From IMG/VR virus record IMGVR_UViG_3300026198_000079: a DNA stretch of 20,000 nt; one strand, written 5' to 3'. The stretch's first letter is position 1. Each line of letters starts with the position of its first letter. Position numbers and translations under genes: made by a program. Shown here piece after piece: positions 1 to 8,576 of this stretch. The notes below the pieces were generated by a model. It saw only the letters and a program-made list of their open reading frames with translations, was not told the origin of the DNA and searched no databases. The stretch comes from an uncultured virus (IMG/VR IMGVR_UViG_3300026198_000079) (taxonomy: Duplodnaviria; Heunggongvirae; Uroviricota; Caudoviricetes).

Positions 1-2
1 CC

Positions 3-1130
3 TTAATCTTCTTTGAAATCTTCTGCTGCCGTATTCATTACCGGACGCTTGTCCGTAATCGGCACTAATGTGGGTTTGCCCTGCGGCTTATAGGTAAGGG
101 AGCCGAGCAGTTCCTCAAACTTCCCTTTGCCGAGGAGTTTCGTCATCGCCGTGATGCCCAGAACTTTATGTTCGTAGGGATCGTATCCGGCGTCCTGCAC
201 CGTCTGTGCGACGGCGTCATCGTTTGTGTACTTCCTGTTGGAGCGGCCTTCGACCACCTTCCAGTCCTGCCATTGCTTTCCCTGCAGAGCCGCCTGGAGA
301 GCAAATTCCTTGACGTCGCCCGCCCAAGAAACCAGTTCATCCGCTCTTGCGAGGATCGCCTCGATCTCGGCGTCCTCCAGGTTAGCCGGAGGCTCGAAGT
401 CGTAGCGGGCAAGCTCCAGGTTATGTTCCGCTCGTTTCCTGCAGGTGGCTTTCACCTTGCAGAACTGGCAGTGTTCCCCGGCGCAGTATTCGCCCTCGCC
501 CTTTGCGGCAAGCTGCGCGGTCGGTGCAAGCACCTCTTTTGCCCAGGTGAGCAGTTCCTCCTTGGGGATGGTGTATGTGCTGACATTCTCGCGCCTCGGT
601 TGGAAGATGGTCATGGATACCGTGTCGATATCGTAGATCCCGTCAAACAGCGCCAGCGCACCGAGCGCGTAACACATCATCTGCGGATTCTTCTCTGCCT
701 CGACCACGATCCCTACGCCGTACTTGAAATCGATCACCGAGAGCGTCCCATCCCCGACAATGACGCAGTCCCCGGTGCCGAAGCCCTCCGGCACATACTC
801 GGAGAAATCAAGCCGCTGTTCCACCAACACGATGGGATCGGCGCATTTCTGCTTTGCCGCCTCAACCTGCTCCTGTACAAACTCTGCATAGGCATCGGCG
901 CAGCCCACCATCTCCTCATCGAAATAGGTAAGGTTCTCGGTCGGGTCTTCTGCTTTCTGTCCCAGGGATTTCAGAAGCTTATACTCGCAAAGGCTGTGCG
1001 CGTCCGTCCCTTGCTGGGCATACTCGCTTGCGGTATCCTTCACGCTGGCACAGGCCAGAGCAGAAGGCGGGCAGGCAAGCCACCTGTGTGCCGAGGATGC
1101 GGAAAGCACCGCGTGTTTCTTCTCACTCAT
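3..1130 (-). CDS. DUF2800-family PD-(D/E)XK (Cas4/RecB-like) nuclease-like protein of a phage-like replication module
   Basis: 375 aa. N-terminal HAVLSASSAHRWLACPPS, EQRLDF..GFGTGDC..VIDFKYG nuclease core and C-terminal CQFC cysteine cluster are typical of DUF2800. Confidence 0.85.
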   Translation of the reverse strand: MSEKKHAVLSASSAHRWLACPPSALACASVKDTASEYAQQGTDAHSLCEYKLLKSLGQKAEDPTENLTYFDEEMVGCADAYAEFVQEQVEAAKQKCADPIVLVEQRLDFSEYVPEGFGTGDCVIVGDGTLSVIDFKYGVGIVVEAEKNPQMMCYALGALALFDGIYDIDTVSMTIFQPRRENVSTYTIPKEELLTWAKEVLAPTAQLAAKGEGEYCAGEHCQFCKVKATCRKRAEHNLELARYDFEPPANLEDAEIEAILARADELVSWAGDVKEFALQAALQGKQWQDWKVVEGRSNRKYTNDDAVAQTVQDAGYDPYEHKVLGITAMTKLLGKGKFEELLGSLTYKPQGKPTLVPITDKRPVMNTAAEDFKED

Positions 1131-1513
1131 CCCAGCACCTCCGCATCCGCAAGCAGGGCGGCGTACTCCGTTTCCGGCACTTCCGACAGCCTGTCCGCGC
1201 CGTGTTTTGCGATCAGCGCCTTGACCTCTTCGGTAAACCCGGCTCTGGACTTCTCGGCAAGCACCGCCCTGACATCCGCAAGGGTGAGTTTCTTTTCTGG
1301 CTCCGCAGGCTTTTCAGGTTCCGGCTCCTTTGCGGGAGCAGTCTTTTCCGCCTTTGCCTTGCCCTTCGGCTTTTCCGCAGGCGTTTCCTGTGTCACCGTC
1401 ATATCATCGCCGCCGCTGAACATCTCACGGAGCGTATCGGAAATCCCGATCAGGACTTCACCGCAGTGGCGCAGCTCATCAAGTTCCGCTGCAAGTTGGC
1501 TCATTTTTGGCAT
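1127..1513 (-). CDS. Small conserved phage-type hypothetical protein upstream of DUF2800
   Basis: ATG at 1513 (MPKMSQL) follows RBS AAGGAGGT. Pro/Glu/Lys linker and C-terminal LTLADVRAVLAEKSRAG..LSEV motif. 4-nt overlap with the DUF2800 start. Confidence 0.75.
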   Translation of the reverse strand: MPKMSQLAAELDELRHCGEVLIGISDTLREMFSGGDDMTVTQETPAEKPKGKAKAEKTAPAKEPEPEKPAEPEKKLTLADVRAVLAEKSRAGFTEEVKALIAKHGADRLSEVPETEYAALLADAEVLG

Positions 1514-1715
1514 CCGTTTTACCTCCTTCCTTGACCTCACTGATATTCACGGATTCAACTGTCTGCCCCGGCGAGAGGAGGTAGACCTGCTGGAAGTCCC
1601 CGAAGAGGAACCTCACGAGCCTTGCAGGGAGCCGCATATCCGCCCCGCGCAGCACGGCAGCCTTCTTTCCGTTCGGATCAGTGACATTGATGGTGATTCT
1701 GTGTTTCATTGCCAT
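1479..1715 (-). CDS. Small hypothetical protein (78 aa)
   Basis: RBS GAGGTG upstream; overlaps the next gene; first gene after the sigma factor. Confidence 0.65.
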   Translation of the reverse strand: MAMKHRITINVTDPNGKKAAVLRGADMRLPARLVRFLFGDFQQVYLLSPGQTVESVNISEVKEGGKTDAKNEPTCSGT

Positions 1716-1750
1716 GTGTCACCTCGCTTTCTGTAAGGTCATCTGCCTTA

Positions 1751-1787
1751 CAAGTCACAGTCAAAGAAAATGGGCGGGATTTTAACC
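1751..1787 (-). repeat. Copy 1 of a 37-bp direct repeat (33/37 identical to 2733-2769); candidate alternative-sigma promoter
   Basis: + strand CAAGTCACAGTCAAAGAAAAT-GGGCGGGATTTTAACC; the first 21 bp are identical in both copies. Confidence 0.85.
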
Positions 1788-1793
1788 CCGCCC
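1763..1793 (-). terminator. Probable intrinsic terminator after the sigma gene, overlapping repeat copy 1
   Basis: Minus strand GGGCGGG-GTTAAAAT-CCCGCCC-ATTTTCTTT, starting 7 nt after the stop at 1801. Confidence 0.5.
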
Positions 1794-1800
1794 GGAAAAA

Positions 1801-2349
1801 TCACATTTTTTCTTTCTGTTCCTCGATTCGCTCCATCGCTTTCTTCAGATGCTTGTTGATGTTCGGAATGCTTGTCCCCAGGATATCCGCCGCCTCTGTC
1901 TGCGTGTGTCCCACGAGCTTTACCAGGCGGTACACCTCGCGCTGGATGTCGGTCAGGAACCACAGGATGCGGTCGAGCATTTCTTTTTCGGTCTCGTCCT
2001 CCGTTTCCATGTAGGTGCAGGTTTCCGAAAGGATGCGGCTCTTGTCCAACTTGTCCTCGTCGCCGTCATCGCCCGCCATGTAGTCGAAGGAAAGGTTCCA
2101 GTTTGCGGGGTACCGCTCTCCTGGATGCTCCGCCTCCCACTTCCTTTTCTCCGCTTTCTCTGCGTCTGTCATCGGAGGACGGCTATTTTTGATGTTGTTG
2201 TAAACCTCGGCATCGTCCAGGGAGTGCAGGACTTTGATGTCCGCCTCGGTCACGCCGTCTTCGCCGGGTCTGACGGTAACGCTGCTGCCGTCATTAAAGT
2301 TGAATGTGTAAGTGCCTCTCTTGTCCCATCTTGTCTTTTTGGTTTTCAT
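1801..2349 (-). CDS. Sigma-70 region 4 / ECF-like sigma factor-like regulator
   Basis: Likely start MKTKKTR at 2349 (RBS AAGGA). C-terminal LTDIQREVYRLVKLVGHTQTEAADILGTSIPNINKHLKKA is a sigma region-4 HTH. Confidence 0.8.
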   Translation of the reverse strand: MKTKKTRWDKRGTYTFNFNDGSSVTVRPGEDGVTEADIKVLHSLDDAEVYNNIKNSRPPMTDAEKAEKRKWEAEHPGERYPANWNLSFDYMAGDDGDEDKLDKSRILSETCTYMETEDETEKEMLDRILWFLTDIQREVYRLVKLVGHTQTEAADILGTSIPNINKHLKKAMERIEEQKEKM

Positions 2350-2412
2350 TGATTGTCCTTTCCCCTGATTCTTGGGAAAGGGCATCAGATACAGATAAAG
2401 GCCGGAGTGCCT

Positions 2413-2540
2413 GTGGAGCATCCCCGACCTTACTTGCCTGCAAAAGGGTATAAGGAAGAAAGGGTACTCCATATCGCACTTTCGCCGCCGCAGCAGCTTG
2501 TCCGATATATGTATCCTTTGCCCTTATACGTAATCAGGCA
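2413..2540 (-). ncRNA. Candidate structured cis-regulatory leader RNA of the sigma gene
   Basis: Nested pairings on the minus strand: TGCCTG/CAGGCA, GTATAAGG/CCTTATAC, AAAGG/CCTTT, ATATC/GATAT. Confidence 0.45.
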
Positions 2541-2732
2541 TTGAAATATTTTGTTATGTAAAAGCGGTCGCCCGCCTTTTACCTTGTTTGTGTGGCTCCT
2601 ATCAGGTAGCCTTGGGAGAAGGGTAAATCTGACGGTTTCCTTCTACTTCCTGCCGAAAAATTCAACCCCCTCACTATCCACTGGAGATGAACTGCCGGTT
2701 TGAGCGGACTCTTCTGAAAAATTCTTAGTCCT

Positions 2733-2769
2733 CAAGTCACAGTCAAAGAAAATCAGCGGATTTTTAACC
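2733..2769 (-). repeat. Copy 2 of the 37-bp direct repeat, upstream of the sigma gene
   Basis: + strand CAAGTCACAGTCAAAGAAAAT-CAGCGGATTTTTAACC. Confidence 0.85.
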
Positions 2770-2891
2770 TCCTGCGAAATTTTTCTGTTCACAGGTAGCG
2801 CACGAGAGATTGGAAACTGAAGTCCACGCACCGTGATTTTCTCAGTATTCCTGTTCATGATCTTGCTGCGTCCTTTTCGCAAATAATTTAT

Positions 2892-2920
2892 TTGACATTT
2901 GAACTCATTTGTGGTATACT
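2892..2920 (+). promoter_or_regulatory. Sigma-A/70 promoter for the ABC-3C operon
   Basis: TTGACA (2892-2897), 17-bp spacer, TATACT (2915-2920), with extended -10 TG at 2912-2913. Confidence 0.75.
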
Positions 2921-3006
2921 ATCTTTGGTGTCTTTTGACCCACCCACTGTCGTTTCAGAAGTCGTTTTCATTATAGAAAATGAGACCTCTCGATCTGGGG
3001 ATGGTT

Positions 3007-3033
3007 TGGTGCATCGTGGTGCGTCGTGGTGCA
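3007..3033 (+). repeat. 10-bp tandem repeat, about 2.7 copies
   Basis: TGGTGCATCG TGGTGCGTCG TGGTGCA, between the promoter and the RBS of the effector gene. Confidence 0.8.
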
Positions 3034-3061
3034 AATCTTGGTAAAGGAGTGTCAGGCCAAC

Positions 3062-4195
3062 GTGGAATTTAAAACGCTGTTTCCTATCATGAAAAAGCAT
3101 TTAGCCGATGGCGACGATGTTCCGTACTTCTTCCGCGAGCTTATGGCGATGATAACGACTGTGAACGAGGATGAGTGGGGAACCGGGAAAGACCCGTCTG
3201 TTAAGCTGAGTGATGAGACGATCCGCAGTTACACAAAAAGAAAGCTGCCAAAGAAACTGGCAGGCTCCATCGTGTACAGGCTTACGCCGGAGGTTATGGT
3301 CGAGCGGATCAACGAACACAGTGACACTTCCCGGAGCCTCCTTGCTGACGATTTGAAGGGTTATGACCCAACGCTTGATGCGGATAATGTCGCAGACACC
3401 ATTTCCGGCTGGATGGTTGAGATCGTCCAGGAGTCTGCCGGACTTGTTCCGCAGGACGCTTTGCAGAAACAGCAGCAACAACAGCTTGCATCAGACCTAA
3501 AAATCAGATATGGGGATTACCTTCTTGGAGAAACGGACGGTTACTGCCCGTTTCCCGGCTGCGGCAGACAACTGACCATCACCAATAGAGGCAAAGCGGT
3601 TCATACATACGAGGTAAGCCTGATAGACAAACAGAAACCCGCCACGCCGGATAACCTGATGGCGATGTGTCCGCAGTGCTACGCTACATATCTTCTGGAT
3701 GACAGCAAGAAACTGTCCAAAGAACTGAAAGAGATAAAGAACATCCTGTCCACGCATAAGCAGAGCGTCCACTTGCTGGATGACCTTCCGCTTGAAAAAG
3801 GCATCGTGGGCGTAATCAAGAAGGTCAAAAAGCTCGGAGAAAAAGAGCTTGTTGGAGCTTCCCTTGACCCGAAAGAGATCAAACAGAAACTGAGTCCCAC
3901 ACAGGACATGGCGTTATACATAGCCGTGAACGGGTACGTCACGACCTACTATCCTCGGATCAGGGAAATCATGATGAACCTGGATAAGCGCGGAGAAATC
4001 GACTACGATGAGATACAGGATCAGATCCACGCTTTTTATAAAAGACTGAAAAAGGCAAATAAGTCACGCCTGGAGATATTTAACGAGATTGCGGGGAAGA
4101 TACACCGCGTTACCCTGCAGGACGATATCTACTGCCAGATCGTTGTCTCCTATTTTGTTCAGAGCTGCGAGGTTTTCGATGCAATTACCGAATAA
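3062..4195 (+). CDS. ABC-three-component (Lamassu LmuA-like) effector: unknown N-terminal domain + degenerate HNH/zinc domain + C-terminal ABC-3C CTD
   Basis: Probable GTG start at 3062 after AAGGAGTG (ORF open from 3026). CPFPGC...NLMAMCPQC HNH-like scaffold. C-terminus IVVSYFVQSCEVF is typical of ABC-3C CTDs. Overlaps the middle-component gene. Confidence 0.75.
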   Translation: MEFKTLFPIMKKHLADGDDVPYFFRELMAMITTVNEDEWGTGKDPSVKLSDETIRSYTKRKLPKKLAGSIVYRLTPEVMVERINEHSDTSRSLLADDLKGYDPTLDADNVADTISGWMVEIVQESAGLVPQDALQKQQQQQLASDLKIRYGDYLLGETDGYCPFPGCGRQLTITNRGKAVHTYEVSLIDKQKPATPDNLMAMCPQCYATYLLDDSKKLSKELKEIKNILSTHKQSVHLLDDLPLEKGIVGVIKKVKKLGEKELVGASLDPKEIKQKLSPTQDMALYIAVNGYVTTYYPRIREIMMNLDKRGEIDYDEIQDQIHAFYKRLKKANKSRLEIFNEIAGKIHRVTLQDDIYCQIVVSYFVQSCEVFDAITE

Positions 4196-4403
4196 ACTGT
4201 ATTCATATAAAGCAAGCACCCTGGAACTGGTTCCCAAGGTGCTGACCGAACTGAAAAACGGTCCTAAAGAAGTGAAGGACTTATTCCTTGTGATGAGACC
4301 GGCTCTGGCCGATGCTACGGACTTTTTGTCCGTCATGGACTGCCTGTATGCTCTCCGGGCGGTTGATATCAATGAAGATGGGGAGGTGTACTCATGCTTA
4401 TAG
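4179..4403 (+). CDS. ABC-three-component middle component (MC7-like; LmuC-like)
   Basis: 74 aa MQLPNKLYSYKASTL...FLSVMDCLYAL; RBS GAGGT; coupled to both the effector and ATPase genes. Confidence 0.75.
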   Translation: MQLPNKLYSYKASTLELVPKVLTELKNGPKEVKDLFLVMRPALADATDFLSVMDCLYALRAVDINEDGEVYSCL

Positions 4404-4497
4404 AAATGACCTCACCTGCGTTTAAGGAAAAAGGAAAAGAACGGCCTCCAATCCGTTTCAAAGACGGATTGAACGTCGTTCTTGGAAAAGAGGATGG
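4394..4497 (+). pseudogene. 5' fragment of the SMC-like ABC ATPase (LmuB-like), interrupted by IS21
   Basis: RBS GGAGGTG, ATG 4394, MLIEMTSPAFKEKGKERPPIRFKDGLNVVLGKEDG; joins in frame to 7017 once the IS and one TSD copy are removed. Confidence 0.9.
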
Positions 4498-4602
4498 TGT
4501 TAATGATAATCTAAAACTACCCCATATTAATAATTGAAAAGTACCCCAGGATAAAATAGACTTTCCTATGTGTCTAAAAGATATATAGGGGGTTCTGGGG
4601 AG

Positions 4603-6186
4603 ATGATCAGCCTGGAGGAGAAACAGCAAATAATATTACGTCATTATCATGATGGGGAGTCCCAGCGAAAAATACATAAGGAAACAGGGATATCCAGAAA
4701 GACGATTAGAAAATATATCAAGAACTATGAACAAGCCAAGAGAGAACTTCTTGAAAATAATAGTGGCTGCCATAGCGAATTAGTGGCAGATATTATGGAT
4801 AAGCCCCAATATGATACCAGTAATCGCAAGAAAACTAAATTAACCGAGGAATTGATGGCCCGGATAGAATTTTATGTAAAGGAGAACGAAGCCAAAAGAG
4901 CCGAAGGGAAAGCCAAGCAACAGAAGAAAAAAATAGATATATACGAGGAGTTGATTAATGAAGGTTTCAGTATTAGTTATCCATCCGTATGTAATGCAGT
5001 AAGAGGGCTGTATCAAAAAAACAAGGAGGCATATATAAAACAAGAATACCAATTAGGCGACCAATGTGAATTTGATTGGGGTGATGTTAAGCTAAAAATA
5101 GCCGGTAAAAACAGAGTCTTGCAAATGTCTGTCTTGGCCAGTGCCAAAGGTAATTATCGGTATGCCAAACTCTTTTACAATCAGAAAACAGAAAGCTTCT
5201 TAGAGGCTCATGCTCTGTTTTTTGAAAATATAAAAGGTGTTTACCACACCATGGTCTATGACAACATGAAAGTAGCGGTTAAGAGATTTGTCGGGCCAAC
5301 CGAAAAGGAACCCACTGAAGCTCTACTAAAATTATCTTTGTATTACGGTTTCAAGTTTAGGTTTTGTAATACCTGTGCCGGGTGGGAAAAGGGCCATGTA
5401 GAAAAAAGTGTGGAATACGTAAGGAGGAAAGCCTTTAGTCGCAGAGATGAATTTGCTTCCCTGGAGGAAGCTCAAGAATATTTGGATAGTGTAGTAAATG
5501 CCCTAAATCAAAAAAACCAAGCGCATAAAGAAGGTAAAAGTGCCATGGAAATACTAAACGAAGAACGGCCATATTTGCTGCCGGCAATGCCTCAATATGA
5601 TGCCGCGCGGATTCAGGAACCAAGAGCAGATAAATACTCCACCATTTGTGTGGATAACTGCCATTACTCTGTTCCCGATGTATATGTGGGTGAATTTATC
5701 TTTACTAAAGTATATACATCACAGATTCATTGTTACCATAACGGTGAGAAAATAGCCCAGCATGAAAGAAAATACGGGCACAACGAATGGAGCATAAAGA
5801 TAGAACACTATTTAAGAACGCTCAAAAAAAAGCCTGGTGCCCTTGCAAGGAGTACTGCCCTCCAGCAAGCTCAACCAGAGCTGCAAAAAATATACCAAAG
5901 CTATTATACCGGAAAGGAGAAGGAATTTATACAGCTACTTGAACTTATCGGAGAAAAAGGCTTATTAGCTGTAACTAATGCTATAACTCTGCTGCAAAGA
6001 GTTAGTCCTATAGACATAAGCACTGAGAAGATAACTGCTATTTGCAACCGCAGCACTGCAACTGAGCCCAATAAATCAGTAAAAATAATAACTGATATAG
6101 AAACAAAGTCCAGAGACATCCTAAAATCCTATGGTTTGCTGTTAATATCTGCCGGAGAAGAATTTAAGGAGGTATCGATAGCATGA
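4603..6186 (+). CDS. istA: IS21 transposase IstA
   Basis: N-terminal HTH (GESQRKIHKETGISRKTIRKY); DDE residues in CEFDWG, VYDNMK and KGHVE. Confidence 0.93.
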   Translation: MISLEEKQQIILRHYHDGESQRKIHKETGISRKTIRKYIKNYEQAKRELLENNSGCHSELVADIMDKPQYDTSNRKKTKLTEELMARIEFYVKENEAKRAEGKAKQQKKKIDIYEELINEGFSISYPSVCNAVRGLYQKNKEAYIKQEYQLGDQCEFDWGDVKLKIAGKNRVLQMSVLASAKGNYRYAKLFYNQKTESFLEAHALFFENIKGVYHTMVYDNMKVAVKRFVGPTEKEPTEALLKLSLYYGFKFRFCNTCAGWEKGHVEKSVEYVRRKAFSRRDEFASLEEAQEYLDSVVNALNQKNQAHKEGKSAMEILNEERPYLLPAMPQYDAARIQEPRADKYSTICVDNCHYSVPDVYVGEFIFTKVYTSQIHCYHNGEKIAQHERKYGHNEWSIKIEHYLRTLKKKPGALARSTALQQAQPELQKIYQSYYTGKEKEFIQLLELIGEKGLLAVTNAITLLQRVSPIDISTEKITAICNRSTATEPNKSVKIITDIETKSRDILKSYGLLLISAGEEFKEVSIA

Positions 6187-6950
6187 CCACAAAGAAGGAA
6201 ATGTCCAGGTTGATAATAGAGTATTGTAAAGCCCTTAGATTGCCTTCTATTAGGCGCTTGTTTGAAGCAGAAATTGCCGAAGCTAGACTGCGTGATATTT
6301 CTTATGAAGAGTTCTTATTTAATCTTCTTCAAAAAGAGAATGATCTAAGATATGAAAATGGCAGAAAGAACCGGATTAGAATAGCCAACTTCCCTTGTAA
6401 AAAATATCTGGAAGACCTGGTTGTGGAATATTTGCCCGAAGATGCCCGCAAAAAATTGAAAACCTTAAGCTCATTAGAATTTATTAAGACTGGTCAAAAC
6501 GTGATACTGGCAGGTAACCCAGGTACGGGAAAGTCCCATATTGCCATAGGCTTAGGCATTAAAGCCTGCATGGAAGGTTACAAAGTTCTTTTTACAACCG
6601 TTCCTCTACTGATAAATCAGTTAAAAGAGAGCCGTTCGGCCAAGACTTTGAGGGCTTATGAAAACAAGTTCGAGAAATATGATCTGGTTATCGCGGATGA
6701 ATTAGGATACATATCTTTTGACAAGGAGGGATCGGAACTTTTATTTACCAATCTATCATTACGAGCTGGCAGAAAATCAACCATAATCACTACCAACCTT
6801 TCTTTTGAAAGATGGGAAGAAATATTTATGGATCCGGTCATGACCGCTGCTATGATTGACCGGCTTACACATAAGTCCTATATGATTAATATGAATGGTA
6901 ATTCCTATAGATTGAAGGAGACTCAAGATTGGCTCAAAAATCAAAAGTAA
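6183..6950 (+). CDS. istB: IS21 helper ATPase IstB
   Basis: Walker A GNPGTGKS, Walker B LVIADELG, AMIDRLTH and GNSYRL motifs; 4-nt overlap with istA. Confidence 0.95.
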   Translation: MTTKKEMSRLIIEYCKALRLPSIRRLFEAEIAEARLRDISYEEFLFNLLQKENDLRYENGRKNRIRIANFPCKKYLEDLVVEYLPEDARKKLKTLSSLEFIKTGQNVILAGNPGTGKSHIAIGLGIKACMEGYKVLFTTVPLLINQLKESRSAKTLRAYENKFEKYDLVIADELGYISFDKEGSELLFTNLSLRAGRKSTIITTNLSFERWEEIFMDPVMTAAMIDRLTHKSYMINMNGNSYRLKETQDWLKNQK

Positions 6951-7016
6951 TTTTTTTAGCTTAATGTGGGATACTTTTCGTTTATTATCTGGGGGATTTT
7001 TCGGTTGACAAAAACA

Positions 7017-8576
7017 GATGGCGAGAACTCCATCGGCAAGTCCTCCGCCATGCTTGCTATTGATTTTGTATTCGGCGGCAACACCTATCTTGCCAGCGAT
7101 GGTGTAAAGCATATCGGCGACCATACGATTTTCTTCACCTTTGCTTTTGACGGAAAGCCGTACTACTTTGCCCGCAACACTGCGTCCCCTGATGACATCC
7201 ATGTGTGTTCCGAGGGATACCAGCTGACCGGGGATGTCTGGACAAAGCAGGAATTTGCCAACTGGCTCAAAGAAAAATATCATATCGACTTCTCCGGGCT
7301 TTCGTTCCGTGAGACCATGAGCAGTTTCTTCCGCATCTACGGCAAAGAAAATACGGACGAGCGCCGTCCGCTCAAAGGGCTCCCCGGCGAGAGCATGCAG
7401 AAGTCCATCGACATACTTGTGAAGCTGTTTGACCGCTACAAGGACGTGGAGGTATTTAACGGCCGCCTTGAGGAACAGAAGAAAAAACTGGCGGCATACC
7501 GCGAGGCTCGGAAATACCGCTTTGTTCCCGACTTGGTTGGCGGCAAGACGCAGTACGACGAAAATGTTGCGCAGATTCGCAGCCTGCAGGTAGAACTCGA
7601 CAATCTGACCGCAGAGCAGGTGGAAGATCAAAAAGGTATAGATATAGAAAAAAGCCGCATCAAGTCTCAGCTGCAGGCAAGCAAACTGCGCCTTGAGACT
7701 GAAATGCAGTCCAAGCAGCGCAGGCTGAACCTGCTGAACATGAGCCTTGAATACGGCTTATACCCAACGGAAGCGGATCTGTCCGCCTTACAGGAGTTTT
7801 TCCCGGAGGTGAACATCCGCAAACTATATGAAGTTGAAAAGTATCACCAGAAACTGGCGGCTATCCTTGACGAGCAGTTTTCTGCCGAACGTCAGTCTGT
7901 TGAGGGAGAAATCGCCGATCTGCAGGAACAGATAAAGGCATTGCAGACGCAAATCAGCGAACTCGGTTTTGTCGGAAACCTCTCCAAGGAGTTTCTGGAC
8001 AAGCACTCCGAGATCAAAGGTCGCATCGACGCATTGAAAGCACAGAATGAGGCTTACCTTACGTTGACCGACCTGCAGGATGCCCGCAAGAAGGCAGATG
8101 AAATGCTGAAACGCGCTATCGAGGATATCCTTGCGGACATTGAGCGTTCCATCAACGACAAGATGAAGGAATTCAACGACTCCCTCTTCACGGAGTCGCG
8201 CAAAGCTCCTCATCTGCACTTTAACGAATACAACAGCTACAGATTTGAAACGCCGGACGATACGGGAACAGGATCCAATTACAAGGGTATGGTGGTTTAC
8301 GACCTCGCCGTTCTGTATCTTACGGCACTCCCGGCTATCGCGCACGACTCCCTTATTCTGAAGAATATCGGTGACGGAGCGGTTGACGGCATTATGAAAA
8401 TATACGCGCAGAGCAGAAAGCAGGTGTTTATAGCGTTCGATAAGCAGGCGGCTTATATGCCGGATACTCAGAAAATATTAGCTGACAACACCGTATTGAA
8501 ACTGTCTGATGGTAACTGTGAACTTTATGGTGAGTCATGGAATAAAGAGGTATCTCAAAATGAAGATGAGTTATAA
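7017..8576 (+). pseudogene. 3' part of the DUF2326-type SMC-like ABC ATPase (LmuB-like); 552 aa when reconstituted
   Basis: Walker A GENSIGKSS at the junction, long coiled-coil region, signature DTGTGSNYK, Walker B AIAHDS, QVFIAFDK. Confidence 0.88.

Larger units (their letters stand above)
4498..7016 (+). mobile_element. IS21-family insertion sequence, 2519 bp
   Basis: TGT...ACA termini. Imperfect ~50-bp inverted repeats (TGTTAATGATAATCTAAAACTACCCCA vs reverse complement TGTTTTTGTCAACCGAAAAATCCCCCA). 5-bp TSD GATGG at 4493-4497 and 7017-7021. istA-istB pair. More AT-rich than its flanks. Confidence 0.95.

Noticed and set aside
168..1736. 522-aa plus-strand ORF
   Set aside because: Antisense shadow of three well-supported minus-strand genes; no recognisable motifs.
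2350..2472. N-terminal extension of the sigma ORF in the ORF track
   Set aside because: A better RBS/ATG lies at 2349, and the extension overlaps the structured leader.
2660..2710. Possible second alternative-sigma promoter (minus strand CCGCTCAAA...CCAGTGGATAGTGAG)
   Set aside because: Only one copy in the window, so it cannot be supported from the sequence alone.
6966..8576. Stand-alone intact 536-aa ATPase gene
   Set aside because: The first 17 codons are IS21 right-end sequence; the true N-terminus is at 4394.
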